A stretch of 64,000 bases of DNA from Candidatus Eiseniibacteriota bacterium (GCA_963717935.1 CAVQXP010000004.1:1088001-1152000), one strand, 5' to 3'. Positions 20,328-30,459 are shown, counted from the first letter of the stretch. Translations and numbers: made by a program. Notes: a model not told the origin generated them from the sequence alone.

Positions 20328-21597
20328 GCGGATCCGAACGGACCCGACCGCGCCGCTGGGTCGACCTCGGTGCTGCGGTGACGGTGCTCGCGCCCGACTC
20401 GCCCGGCCAGGACCTCGCCGGCTTCCTCGACGCGACCCTGGCCGCAGGCGGCGAGTCGTTCACCGCGGAGCGTCGCGAGGTCATCCACTCGCTCTCGGCT
20501 GCCTTTCTTGCCGACCCCGTCCTGCGTCGGGATGCGGCGAGCGTCGCGGCGGCCTACTGGATGCGGCGCGCCCAGGTCGAGCGGCTCGCGTCCGAATTCG
20601 AGCGCCGGGTGCAGGCGGAGCCTGCCGTGGTGCGCGTACCGGTGGGGCGCGTGTTCCACCTGGCGCCCGCCAACGTGGATACGCTGTTCATCTACTCCTG
20701 GGTGCTCGCCTTCCTGTGCGGCAACGCCAGCGTCGTACGATTGTCGCAGGACCGCACGCCTGTGGTTGAGGCGATGCTGGACGCGATCCGGGTGGTGGCT
20801 CGCGAGCACGCTGTGCTGGGCTCGGGCGACCGCTTCGTCACCTACGAGCACGACGCGGCGGCCACCGAGGCGATCTCGGCCTGGTGCAGCCACCGGGTGA
20901 TCTGGGAGGTGACGAGACGGTTGCCGCCCTACGCCCGCTGGCGCTCAATCCGCACGCCAGCGAGCGCGTGTTCGGGAACAAGTTCTCGTATGCGGTCTTC
21001 TCGGCGGCCCGGTACCTCGCGGCCAGCGCGGATGAGCGCGCGCGGGTCGCGGGCGGGTTCTTCAACGACCTCTTCTGGTTCGACCAGATGGCGTGCTCGT
21101 CACCCCATGTGCTCTTCTGGGTGGGGAGCGAAGCCGAGACGGATCCTGCCATCGGGGCGTTCGAGGCGGACCTGCAGGGCGAGGCGGACCGGCGTGGCTT
21201 CGTGCCCTCGGCCGCGAGCGCGGTGCAGCGCCGGGCCTTCGCCTTCGAGCTTGCCGCCGACGCGGACGTGCGAGTCGGTCTCGGGCATCCCAGCTTCGTG
21301 GGCATCCGCGTCCTGGAGGCGAGCGGCCTCACCCGGGAGACCTGCGGCGGTGGACTTCTGCGTCACTACCGGCTCGACCGGCTCCAGGATCTGGCCGGCT
21401 TCGCGGAGGAGGGCGACCAGACCGTGACCCACTTCGGCTTCAACGCAGACGAACTGCGGGACCTCGCCACCCGCGCCGGGGCACGCGGTCTGGACCGCGT
21501 CGTGCCGGTGGGCGAGGCCCTCGCGTTCGATGTCGTGTGGGATGGCTATGACCTGCTCGACGACTTCACGCGCCGTGTGCGGGCAAAGTCCTCCTGA
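20324..21597 (+). CDS. LuxC-family acyl-CoA reductase (one apparent frameshift near 20905)
   Basis: VFHLAPANVD and GNASVVRLS; VIW|GGDETV restored by adding one G to a G-run; catalytic FDQMACSSP; DRVVPVG...WDG. Confidence 0.88.
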
Positions 21598-21619
21598 GCC
21601 CGCGGACCGCGACCCCGCC

Positions 21620-22489
21620 ATGACGATCCGACTCGATTCCCCGCTCCAGGCCACGGCGAAGGCGCTCCCTGAGATCGCGCGTCTGCTCGAGCGCGCGATC
21701 CCGCGCGGGCGCCCGTGGGCCCCCGACGTTGAATGGCACTACCTGCGGAACCCGGCGGGCGCCGCCTGGTACGTGAACGCGCGCTCGGACCAGGGCGAGC
21801 TGATGGCCCACTTCGCGGTCATCCCCGTTCCGGCGCTGGACGATCCACGTTTTGACTCCCTGCGCGTGTTCCTCTCGCTGAACACCGCCGTGCATCCCGG
21901 CGCCACCGTGCCGGGTCTCATGGTGGCCACGGCGCGGGCTCTGTTCCGGCATCTGGAATCACTCCATCCCGCGCTCGTCCTCGGCGTGGCGAATGAGAAT
22001 TCCTTCGTCGGTTTCAGCCGCCTGCTCGGCTTCCTGCCGCTGGGGCGCCTCCGACTGCGCTTCTTCCCGCCCTTTGTGCTCCCGCGGGACGAGCCGCCCC
22101 GCGCCCTCCGGTGGGACGAGGCCGTGCTCCGCTGGCGCGTGACGCGCCCGCAGGCCGAGGTGTTCGCGCAGCCGTCGCGGGGCGCGGTGCTCCGTCGCAT
22201 CCACCACCGTGGGTTGCCGCTCGACGTCGTCCTCACGGTCGGTCTGCCCGCGGAAACGCTGGCCCGGCTAGCGTTGCCCAACGGCCCCCGCTCCCTCCTC
22301 CGCTCGGCACCGCGCCTCTACGCGGGCTTCGGCCCGTCGTCCCCCGGGGGGATGCCGGTGCCGGAGGGCTTGCGTCCGAGTCCGCTCGAGTACATCTTCC
22401 GCCCCCTCGCGTCCGAGATCGATCGTAACGGGCTCGGCGCCTTCCTCGCGTCGCGCCGTTTCGAGTTCCTCGACTTTGACGTCGTGTAA
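21620..22489 (+). CDS. Putative GNAT-fold acyltransferase
   Basis: W.Y..NPAG, AHFAVIP, LSLNTAVHP and GVANENS...F...GF pattern, plus a second LRWR-containing half. Confidence 0.7.
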   Translation: MTIRLDSPLQATAKALPEIARLLERAIPRGRPWAPDVEWHYLRNPAGAAWYVNARSDQGELMAHFAVIPVPALDDPRFDSLRVFLSLNTAVHPGATVPGLMVATARALFRHLESLHPALVLGVANENSFVGFSRLLGFLPLGRLRLRFFPPFVLPRDEPPRALRWDEAVLRWRVTRPQAEVFAQPSRGAVLRRIHHRGLPLDVVLTVGLPAETLARLALPNGPRSLLRSAPRLYAGFGPSSPGGMPVPEGLRPSPLEYIFRPLASEIDRNGLGAFLASRRFEFLDFDVV

Positions 22490-22510
22490 CCCATCCCGGG
22501 GATCCGGATC

Positions 22511-23326
22511 GTGATCAACGCACTGACCATCGACTTCGAGGACTGGTATCAGGGGCTCGAGATCCCGATCTCGGAGTGGGACCGCTTCGAGGACCGCCTG
22601 GTCTTCTCCGGACGGCTGCTGCTCGATCGCCTTGCCGCGGCGCAGGTGCGCGGCACCTTCTTCGTCCTCGGGGCGGTCGCGGAACGGCACCCCGAGCTGG
22701 TGCGGGAGATCGCGGCGCAGGGCCACGAGGTCGCGACCCACGGCTGGTCCCACACGCTCGTCTACCAGCTGAGTCCCGAGGCTTTCCGCACGGAGTTGCG
22801 GCGCTCGGTGCAGCTCCTCGAGGAGCTCTCGGGCCGGAAGGTCCTCGGCCACCGCGCACCGTTCTTCTCGATCACGCGCGCGTCGCTCTGGGCGCTCGAC
22901 GTGCTCGGCGGGGAGGGCATCCGGTACGATTCGAGCATCTTCCCGGTGCTGAACTACCGCTACGGGATCGAGGACGCGCCGCGCTGGCCGTACGAGGTCC
23001 GGGGCGATTCCTGGACCCTGACCGAGTTCCCCGTCACCACCTGGAGGGCACTGGGACGCAACATCCCGGTCGCCGGGGGTGCCTACTTCCGGCTCTATCC
23101 CTACGCGCTGACGCGTGCCGCCCTGCGCAGCATCAACCGGGCGGGGCACCCGGCCCTGTTCTACCTCCATCCGTGGGAACTCGACCCGGACCATCCCCGC
23201 ATCCGCCTGCCGCGCCGGATCGCGCTTACGCACTACGCGAACCTGAAGGCCACCGAGCGACGCTTCGTCCGGCTCCTGCGCGATTTCCGCTTCGCCCCGC
23301 TGAGAGAGGTGCTGGGAGTCCCGTGA
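22511..23326 (+). CDS. Polysaccharide deacetylase with DUF3473
   Basis: NALTIDFEDW, TFFVLG, HEVATHGWSH, RAPFFSI, YDSSIFP, GGAYFRLYPY, YLHPWELDP. Confidence 0.92.
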   Translation: MINALTIDFEDWYQGLEIPISEWDRFEDRLVFSGRLLLDRLAAAQVRGTFFVLGAVAERHPELVREIAAQGHEVATHGWSHTLVYQLSPEAFRTELRRSVQLLEELSGRKVLGHRAPFFSITRASLWALDVLGGEGIRYDSSIFPVLNYRYGIEDAPRWPYEVRGDSWTLTEFPVTTWRALGRNIPVAGGAYFRLYPYALTRAALRSINRAGHPALFYLHPWELDPDHPRIRLPRRIALTHYANLKATERRFVRLLRDFRFAPLREVLGVP

Positions 23327-23377
23327 CGGGGTCGCGCGCCTCCACCGGGCCGATGCCGCCGGGACGACGCGGGTTCG

Positions 23378-23406
23378 TTGACCTCTCCCGCGCGAACCCC
23401 TAGGTT
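23378..23406 (+). promoter_or_regulatory. Sigma70-type promoter upstream of gmd
   Basis: TTGACC-17 nt-TAGGTT. Confidence 0.6.
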
Positions 23407-23452
23407 CTGCAGGGTTCGCTGCCTTCCGTCATCGACTCTGAGGGCTTCCACC

Positions 23453-24406
23453 ATGCGCCGTGTGCTCGTCACGGGGGTGACCGGCTTTGCCGGCAGCCAC
23501 CTCGTGGACTATATGCTCACCCGGAACGACTGCGAGATCTTCGGCATCCAGCGCTGGCGGAGCCCGCTCGAGAACATCGAGCACTTCAAGGAGAAGATCA
23601 CGCTGGTCGAGTGCGACCTGCGGGATGCCTCCTCGACGCGCGACACCCTCGAGCGGATGCGTCCGGACTGGATCTTCCACCTGGCCGCGCAGTCCTTCGT
23701 GCCCACTTCGTGGAGCGCGCCGACCGAGTCACTCACCACCAATGTGCTCGGCCAGCTCAACATCTTCGAGGCGGTGAGGCGCATCGGCCTGGAATGCCGC
23801 ATCCAGATCGCCTGCTCCAGCGAGGAGTACGGCATGGTCTACGCGGACGAGTTGCCGATCAAGGAGACGAACCCGCTGCGGCCGCTCTCGCCCTACGCGG
23901 TCAGCAAGGTGGCGCAGGACCTGCTCGCCTACCAGTACTGGATGTCGTGGAAGGTGGACTCGGTGCGCACCCGCGGTTTCAACCACGAGGGTCCGCGGCG
24001 GGGGCCGGTGTTCGTGGCCTCGGACTTCGCCAAGCAGATCGCCGACATCGAGAAGGGCCTCAAGCCACCGGTGCTCCACGTCGGGAACCTCGAGGCCAAG
24101 CGCGACTTCACCGACGTGCGCGACATGGTGCGTGGCTACTGGCTGGCGCTCGAGAAGTGCGAGCCCGGCGAGGTCTACAACCTCTGCAGTGGCAAGGCGT
24201 ACAGCATCCAGCAGGTACTGGACCTGCTGCTCGGCATGACGAAGGTGAAGATCGAGGTGCGCCAGGACCGCCTGCGGCTGCGTCCGAGCGACGTGCCCGT
24301 GCTGCTGGGCGACCGCTCGAAGTTCACGAAGGCCACCGGCTGGGAGCCGGTGATCCCGTTCGAGCAGACGCTGCAGGACATGCTCGACTTCTGGCGCGCG
24401 CGGTAG
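23453..24406 (+). CDS. gmd: GDP-mannose 4,6-dehydratase family protein
   Basis: TGVTGFAGSHL, HLAAQSFV, SSEEYG, PYAVSK, FNHEGPRRG, GNLEAKRD. Confidence 0.8.
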   Translation: MRRVLVTGVTGFAGSHLVDYMLTRNDCEIFGIQRWRSPLENIEHFKEKITLVECDLRDASSTRDTLERMRPDWIFHLAAQSFVPTSWSAPTESLTTNVLGQLNIFEAVRRIGLECRIQIACSSEEYGMVYADELPIKETNPLRPLSPYAVSKVAQDLLAYQYWMSWKVDSVRTRGFNHEGPRRGPVFVASDFAKQIADIEKGLKPPVLHVGNLEAKRDFTDVRDMVRGYWLALEKCEPGEVYNLCSGKAYSIQQVLDLLLGMTKVKIEVRQDRLRLRPSDVPVLLGDRSKFTKATGWEPVIPFEQTLQDMLDFWRAR

Positions 24407-24417
24407 CGGGCTGTCTC

Positions 24418-25389
24418 ATGCCGGGCCGGACCGTCCTCGTCACGGGCGTGAGTGGCTTCGTCGGTCCCCACCTGGCGCGCGCTCTGGTCGCCTCGGGAGC
24501 GCGCGTCGTGGGGCTCGGCATCGAGCCGGAGCCGCCCGCCGGGATCCCGCTCGAGGGCTGGCATGTCGCCGACCTGCGCGAGCCGGTGGCGGTCGGTCGC
24601 GCGGTCGCCGCGGCGCGGCCCGACGCCGTGGTGCACCTCGCGGGGCAGAGCAGCCCGGCACGTTCCTTCGAGGACCCCGCCGGCACGTTCGAGGCGAATG
24701 TGAGCGGCGCGCGCAACCTGCTCGAGGCGGCGCGCGGCGGCGCGCCGGTGGCACGCCTGCTGATCGTCGGGAGCGGCGACGTCTACGGCCCGCAGCCCGA
24801 GGGCTCGCGCGCGGGGGAGGAGACGCCCTTCGCGCCCGTGAGTCCGTACGCCGCCTCGAAGGTCGAGGCCGACCGGCTGGCCGAGGTCGCCGCGCAGGGC
24901 GAGTACGGTCTCGACGTCGTCCGCGTGCGCGCGTTCAGCCACACCGGCCCCGGCCAGAGCCCGGCGTTCGTCGTGCCCGGCTTCGCCCAGCAGATCGCCG
25001 CCATCGAGGCGGGGCGGACGGAGCCCGTGCTGCGCGTCGGGAACCTCGAGGTGATGCGCGACTTCTCCGACGTGCGCGACGTGGTGCGGGCCTACGTCGC
25101 GCTGCTGGAGCACGGCACGCGTGGCGCTGCCTACAACGTCTGCCGGGGCGAGGGCGTGAAGCTCACCGAGGTCGTGAGCCGCCTCGTGGGGCTGGCGCGC
25201 GTGGCGATCCGGGTCGAGGTGGACCCCGCGCGCCTGCGGCCGGCGGACATCCCCTGGCTGGTGGGCGACCCGTCGCGCATCGCGCGGGACACCGGGTGGC
25301 GCGTCAAGCTCCCCCTCGAGCGGACACTCCGCGACGTGCTGGAGGAGTGGCGCGGGAGGGACCGCGGCCGGATGGCCCCGCAGGCTTGA
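24418..25389 (+). CDS. rmd: GDP-4-keto-6-deoxy-D-mannose reductase (Rmd-like) extended SDR
   Basis: TGVSGFVG, HLAGQS, PYAASK, FSHTGPGQS, VGNLEVMRDFSDVRDVV; tandem with gmd. Confidence 0.65.
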   Translation: MPGRTVLVTGVSGFVGPHLARALVASGARVVGLGIEPEPPAGIPLEGWHVADLREPVAVGRAVAAARPDAVVHLAGQSSPARSFEDPAGTFEANVSGARNLLEAARGGAPVARLLIVGSGDVYGPQPEGSRAGEETPFAPVSPYAASKVEADRLAEVAAQGEYGLDVVRVRAFSHTGPGQSPAFVVPGFAQQIAAIEAGRTEPVLRVGNLEVMRDFSDVRDVVRAYVALLEHGTRGAAYNVCRGEGVKLTEVVSRLVGLARVAIRVEVDPARLRPADIPWLVGDPSRIARDTGWRVKLPLERTLRDVLEEWRGRDRGRMAPQA

Positions 25390-25414
25390 CCCGGCCCACG
25401 GGCGGGCCTACCTT
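25386..25414 (+). promoter_or_regulatory. Sigma70-type promoter upstream of the wzz-like gene
   Basis: TTGACC-17 nt-TACCTT. Confidence 0.55.
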
Positions 25415-25429
25415 GTGCAACTCATTCCG

Positions 25430-26503
25430 ATGATGCCCACGATGAAACCCAGCCCGCTCGATTCCCTGCCCCCGCCCGCGCGCCGCTTTGTCGCTGCCTC
25501 CTTGGAGCGGCGGCGGCCGATTGCGGCGTTCGTTCTGGCGGTCATGGCGCTCTCCGTGGCGGTGGCGCTGCTGCTGCCGCCCTGGTTCCAGGCACAGTCC
25601 ACGGTGCTGCCGCCCACCGAAGGGAACGATTCCTTCGGCATCATGGCAGGGCTGATCCAGGGCGCTGCGCTCAGCAAGATCGGGATGATGACGACCTCGA
25701 CGGCCTCGGAGATCTACACGGAGATTCTCAGGAGCCGGACCCTCCAGGAGGATCTGGTCCAAGTGTTCCACCTCGACCAGCTCTACAAGCGGAAAGGGAT
25801 GGACCTCACCCTGAAGGAGTTGGCCCGCCACGTGAATGTGGCGATCGGCAACTCGGGCCTGCTCATCGTGCAGGTGGAGGACCGGGACCCGCGGCGCGCG
25901 GCGGACATGGCGAACCGGCTGGTGGACGAACTCGACCGATTCAACCGGGAGGCACTCAACACGCGGGCCAAGCGCACGCGGGAGTTCCTCGAGTCGCGGG
26001 TCGCTGACGTCCAGACGCGCCTGCGAGCGGCGGAAACGGCGCTCACGGCGTATGAGCAGAAACACGGTGTCACCGCCGACGCGTCCGCCGTGGGTGGCAT
26101 GGCCGCCATCATCGCCCAGAAGCTCAACCTGCAGGTGAAACGCGAGTACGTCTCCAGCTACACCTCCTCCGGGAGTGCCGCGGTCCGCTCCATCGACACC
26201 GAGATTGCCGCCTATGATCGCGAGTTGGCCCGCCTGCCGGGACTCAAGAGCGAAGGCGCACGGCTGGCGCTCGACGCGGAGATCCAGCGCCGGGTTTTCA
26301 CCGTGCTGACCGGCCAGTACGAGGATGCCCGGGTTCAGGAGATGCGGGACACGCCGACGATCACGGTCCTCGACCGGGCACGCCCTCCCGAGTTGAAGGT
26401 GCGGCCGAAGCGCGCGGTGATTGTCCTTATCTCGACCCTGGTCGCGTTGCTGCTCTCGGTGGGTTGGGTGGGGTTGTCGCTTCGCAAGGCTGCGCCCGCA
26501 TGA
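25430..26503 (+). CDS. Polysaccharide co-polymerase / chain-length determinant (Wzz/GumC-like, no kinase domain)
   Basis: N- and C-terminal TM helices, EILRSRT, coiled coil, VLDRARPP...PKR; start approximate. Confidence 0.88.
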   Translation: MMPTMKPSPLDSLPPPARRFVAASLERRRPIAAFVLAVMALSVAVALLLPPWFQAQSTVLPPTEGNDSFGIMAGLIQGAALSKIGMMTTSTASEIYTEILRSRTLQEDLVQVFHLDQLYKRKGMDLTLKELARHVNVAIGNSGLLIVQVEDRDPRRAADMANRLVDELDRFNREALNTRAKRTREFLESRVADVQTRLRAAETALTAYEQKHGVTADASAVGGMAAIIAQKLNLQVKREYVSSYTSSGSAAVRSIDTEIAAYDRELARLPGLKSEGARLALDAEIQRRVFTVLTGQYEDARVQEMRDTPTITVLDRARPPELKVRPKRAVIVLISTLVALLLSVGWVGLSLRKAAPA

Positions 26504-26597
26504 CTCCGGCCCGCGCCTCTTCCGCGCGGGACTCCTTGGCCATCACAGGGGACCGGGCTTCCGTGATTCCCGGATCCCGCTGGACCGGACCCGCGTG

Positions 26598-28052
26598 ATG
26601 AATCAGATGGCGGCTCCGCTCACTCGTCCCGTCCCGATCGGCTCCCTGCTCCTGGCAGCGGCCGCCGGAGCGTTTGCCATTACCGTGGGTCTGGCGACGG
26701 GCGACCCGGGCTCGGGGATGCTGCTGCCGGTGGGTGCCGTCCTCGGACTGATGGTCGTGGGTGTCGTCGTGGTCCGGCCATTCTGGGGCTTCCTCGCGCT
26801 GGTGTTCTCGTCATTCTTCCTCATGGTTGTGCCCGTGGCCGGGACGCACCGTGGTGTCAACGTCTTCGACCTCGTCCTGATCCCGTTGGTCGCGGCGTCC
26901 CTGCTCGGCGGTGCCCGGCGGGACGCCGCGACCGGGGACGTTTCCCTGGCCGGGCCGACCCACGAGGCCGTGCGGAAAGCCACCCGCCGCTTTGGGAACA
27001 GCGCCATGCTCTACTTCGGCCTGGCCGCGCTCTCCCTGTTGCCGATGGTGATCCGCCTCGGGCCCGGTCCGGCGTTCACCTCGGGGCTCTCGCTCGTGCG
27101 GGTGGTGCAGGGCGCGCTGGTCTTTCCGCTCGCGTTATGGTGGCTGCGAGACGAGCGACGGATTGGGGCGACGCTGCGCACCGTGTTTGTGGCGGCCGTC
27201 GTCTTCGCGCTGGTGAACTGTGTCTGGATGTTCGCTCTCGGAGTCCCCCGGGCCGGAATCGTCTGGTGGGTGACCGATGTGCGCGAGGCCGTCGGCAGCC
27301 CCAACGAGGCGGCGGCCGCCCTGCTGGTGCTGTGGGCCCTGGTTCAGGCGCGTTGGGCCGTCCAGCCAAGCCGGTGGCTCGTCCTGCTCATGGGTCTCGT
27401 GCTCGTGATGCTACCGCTCACCCAGTCGCGCAGCGGACTGCTCGCCTTCGCCACGTTCCTGCTCCTCACCGTGCGGCGCGTGCGCTGGCGCTGGCTCCTG
27501 GGGGGTGGGGTGGCGCTCCTCGTGGCGCTCCCGCTCGTGCCGGCGGAGTACTGGGGCCGTCTCGAAAGGTCCCTGATGTTCAAGCAGGGCTCGTTCGAGG
27601 TCTTCACGTTCCTGGCCCGGATCTACGGCTATCGCGTGGCCTGGCACGTCTTCCTCGACAACCCGGTGATTGGCGTGGGGTATCTCGGTTTTCGCTTCGT
27701 GAGCGCGAGCTACAACGATCTTCACCTCTCCATCGGCCAGGTCGAGAATTTCCTGTTGGAGACCCTGGTGGGCATGGGAGTCTCGGGACTGGCCGTCGTA
27801 GGCTTCGCGTTCGCGCGTCTGCACGCACTGGGCCGGGTGGTGCAGCAGGTTACAGCTCCGAGGACTCTCGGGCACGAACTGGCGCGTCTCCAGGCTCCTT
27901 TGCTGGTCGCGCTGTTCGTGGCCAACCTCACGGGGGCCACCTTCGTCGGCATGGTGGGGGTGGGACAGTTCGCGCTCTGGTGCGCGCTGCTGGTCCGGGC
28001 AGGGCACCTCGCGCAGGAACGGGCGCTCCCGGCAGGGTGCCCCGGGGCGTGA
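26598..28052 (+). CDS. O-antigen ligase/polymerase family membrane protein (Wzy_C)
   Basis: Multi-TM protein with TQSRSGLLA, R.Y.Y..AW..F.DNPVIGVGY and ENFLLETLVGMG. Confidence 0.85.
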   Translation: MNQMAAPLTRPVPIGSLLLAAAAGAFAITVGLATGDPGSGMLLPVGAVLGLMVVGVVVVRPFWGFLALVFSSFFLMVVPVAGTHRGVNVFDLVLIPLVAASLLGGARRDAATGDVSLAGPTHEAVRKATRRFGNSAMLYFGLAALSLLPMVIRLGPGPAFTSGLSLVRVVQGALVFPLALWWLRDERRIGATLRTVFVAAVVFALVNCVWMFALGVPRAGIVWWVTDVREAVGSPNEAAAALLVLWALVQARWAVQPSRWLVLLMGLVLVMLPLTQSRSGLLAFATFLLLTVRRVRWRWLLGGGVALLVALPLVPAEYWGRLERSLMFKQGSFEVFTFLARIYGYRVAWHVFLDNPVIGVGYLGFRFVSASYNDLHLSIGQVENFLLETLVGMGVSGLAVVGFAFARLHALGRVVQQVTAPRTLGHELARLQAPLLVALFVANLTGATFVGMVGVGQFALWCALLVRAGHLAQERALPAGCPGA

Positions 28053-28110
28053 CCTCCGCGCTTTCTCACCAGGCCGGTGCCGCGCGCGCGCGACCGAACG
28101 CGGCGGGGCC

Positions 28111-29289
28111 ATGAGCGCCGTCCGACCGCTGCGCATCCTCAACGTCATCACCCGGATGATCGTGGGCGGCGCCCAGGAGACCGTCCTGCTCGCCTGCGCG
28201 CTCGTGGACCGCGAGCGCTTCAGCTGCGAGATCCTGACCGGGCCCCAGACCGGCTCCGAGAGCGAGCTGCACGGCGAGACGCGGGCACGCGGCATCCCGC
28301 TCCACGTGGAGCCTGCGATGCTGCGGGAGTTGCACGCGCTCCAGGACCCACTGGCGCTGATGCGCGTGGCGCGCTTCATCCGCCGCGGTGGCTACGACAT
28401 CGTCCACACGCACACCGCCAAGGCCGGCGTGCTGGGTCGCATCGCGGCGCGCATGGCGGGTGTGCCGGTCGTGGTGCACACGGTGCACGGCTGGGAGTTC
28501 CAGGCCGCCGAGCACGGCCGGCTCTCGCGACTCTACCTGGAGCTCGAGCGCTGGCTGGCGGCCTGGAGCCAGGCCCTGGTGGTGGTGGCCGACTTCGACC
28601 GGCGCGAGGGGCTCGAGGCCGGCGTCGGGCGCCCGGGCCAGTACGCGCTGATCCGCTCGGGGATCGAGGTCGAGGAGTTCCGCGACGTGACGCTGACCCG
28701 CGCGGAAGCGCGCTCCCGGGTGGGCGTGCCCGCCGATGCCTTCGTCGTGGGTCAGGTCGGGAGGCTCACGCGGCAGAAGGCGCCGCTGGACCTGCTGGGG
28801 GCGTTCGAGCCGCTGGCGCGAGCGCGAGCCGAGGCGCGGCTCGTCTTCCTCGGGGATGGCCCTCTGCGCCCGGCGCTGGAAGCGGCGGCCCGGCGCGTGG
28901 GTCTGGAGGAGCGTGTCCACATCCTCGGCATGCGACGCGACGTGCCCCAGGTGCTGCGCGCCTTCGACGTGCTCGCGCTCGCGTCGCGCTGGGAGGGTCT
29001 CCCGCGCGTCCTGCCGCAGGCCATGGCGGCGGGCTTGCCGATCGTGGCGACCCGCGTGGCCGGCGCTCCCGAGGCGGTCGCTGACGGGGAGAACGGCTGG
29101 CTGGTTGCACCGGGGGACCTGGACGCCTTCGCCAAGCGGTTGATCCAGCTTGCGGGTGATCCCGACCTGGCCCGCCGCATGGGCGAGGCCGGCCGCGCGA
29201 GGGTGGACGAGTTCTCGGCGGCTCGGATGGCACTCCAGCTCGAGTTGCTCTACCTGGGGCTGGCCCGCGGGGCTGGGATCCCGGCATGA
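28111..29289 (+). CDS. Glycosyltransferase family 4
   Basis: GGAQE, DIVHTHTAKAG, GRLTRQK, SRWEGLPRVLPQAMAAG. Confidence 0.93.
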   Translation: MSAVRPLRILNVITRMIVGGAQETVLLACALVDRERFSCEILTGPQTGSESELHGETRARGIPLHVEPAMLRELHALQDPLALMRVARFIRRGGYDIVHTHTAKAGVLGRIAARMAGVPVVVHTVHGWEFQAAEHGRLSRLYLELERWLAAWSQALVVVADFDRREGLEAGVGRPGQYALIRSGIEVEEFRDVTLTRAEARSRVGVPADAFVVGQVGRLTRQKAPLDLLGAFEPLARARAEARLVFLGDGPLRPALEAAARRVGLEERVHILGMRRDVPQVLRAFDVLALASRWEGLPRVLPQAMAAGLPIVATRVAGAPEAVADGENGWLVAPGDLDAFAKRLIQLAGDPDLARRMGEAGRARVDEFSAARMALQLELLYLGLARGAGIPA

Positions 29290-29391
29290 GGCCGGCACCG
29301 CGGCCGTTGTGCCCCGCGGGGTGCATCGCTCCGGGGACGACCGGCGCGCCGGCGCGCTTCTCCGGTGCCGACGTGACCGGGGGCTGACGCG

Positions 29392-30354
29392 ATGCCACTC
29401 CTCGCTCCGGACGAGCTGCTGCCACTCCTGCGCTGCCCGCGGTGCCACGGCCCGCTTACGCGCCGCGCCGAAGGGCTCGCCTGCGGTTCGCTGACCTGTG
29501 GCCTCGTCGGCCGGGTCTTCCCGCAGGTGGCCGGCCAGCACGCGCCAGTGGACTTCGAGCGCAGCGTGGTCGCCGAGGCGGAGTTGCGCGCGCGCGCCGG
29601 TGCGAGCCTCGTGCCGCGCCGCTCCGATCGCGGCGTCGTCGGGGCACTGCGGCGGCTGTCGGCGCCACCGAGCCGTGTGGCCGAGCGGCACATGCACGAC
29701 CTCGTGGCGCGCCTGCGCGCCGGCGGCGGGCGGCCTCGCGTGCTGGTGGTCGGCGGTGGCAGGCGCAATCCCGGCTCCGAGCCGCTCTACGAGGACCCGG
29801 GACTCGACCTGATCGCATTCGACATCTACGCCTCGCCCGAGACCCAGTTCATCGGCGACGTCCACGGCCTGCCGCTCGCCGACGGCAGCGTTCAGGCGGT
29901 CTCGGTGCAGGCGGTGCTGGAGCACGTGCTCGACCCGTGGCGCGCCGTGAGCGAGATCGAGCGCGTGCTCGCCCCGGACGGGCTGGTCTACGCGGTCACG
30001 CCGTTCCTCCAGCACGTGCACGAGGGGCCGTGGGATTTCACTCGCTTCACCGAGAGCGGGCACCGCTGGCTGTTCCGCAACTTCGAGCGGCTCGACTCGG
30101 GAGTGGTGGCGGGGCCGGCCACCGCGTGGGTGTGGTCCACCGAGCAACTGGTGCGCGGGCTCACCCGTTCCGTCGCCGTGGGGAAGGCCGCGCGCATCGC
30201 GCTGTCGTGGGTACACCTGCTCGACCGCCTGATCCCCGAGCCCCACGCGGTGGATGGCGCGTCGTGCCTGTACTTCTACGGCCGCAAGAGCGACGTGCCA
30301 CTCGACCCGGCGGGCGCGATTCGCGAGTACCGGGGAGCGCAGCAGCCCGCGTAA
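29392..30354 (+). CDS. Class I SAM methyltransferase with N-terminal Trm112-like Cys knuckle
   Basis: LRCPRC...C..LTC; VLVVGGG, GDVHGLP, AVLEHV, HEGPWDFTRFT. Confidence 0.85.
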   Translation: MPLLAPDELLPLLRCPRCHGPLTRRAEGLACGSLTCGLVGRVFPQVAGQHAPVDFERSVVAEAELRARAGASLVPRRSDRGVVGALRRLSAPPSRVAERHMHDLVARLRAGGGRPRVLVVGGGRRNPGSEPLYEDPGLDLIAFDIYASPETQFIGDVHGLPLADGSVQAVSVQAVLEHVLDPWRAVSEIERVLAPDGLVYAVTPFLQHVHEGPWDFTRFTESGHRWLFRNFERLDSGVVAGPATAWVWSTEQLVRGLTRSVAVGKAARIALSWVHLLDRLIPEPHAVDGASCLYFYGRKSDVPLDPAGAIREYRGAQQPA

Positions 30355-30459
30355 GCGGAGTCGGACGGCGGGCGGGGTGCGCGGTGCCGCGCCGGGCCAC
30401 GGATGCATCCCCGCCGGCAATCTCGACCCGCGCGCTCCTCTTGCGCTTTGAGGATGGTG

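Noticed and set aside
20895..20915. Programmed frameshift or phase variation in the luxC-like gene
   Set aside because: No slippery heptamer or long homopolymer; one missing G restores the WGGD motif, and similar indels occur across the window
19233..21597. Bioluminescence (lux) operon
   Set aside because: Only LuxE- and LuxC-family genes are present; no luxA, luxB, luxD or luxG in the window, and the context is glycan biosynthesis
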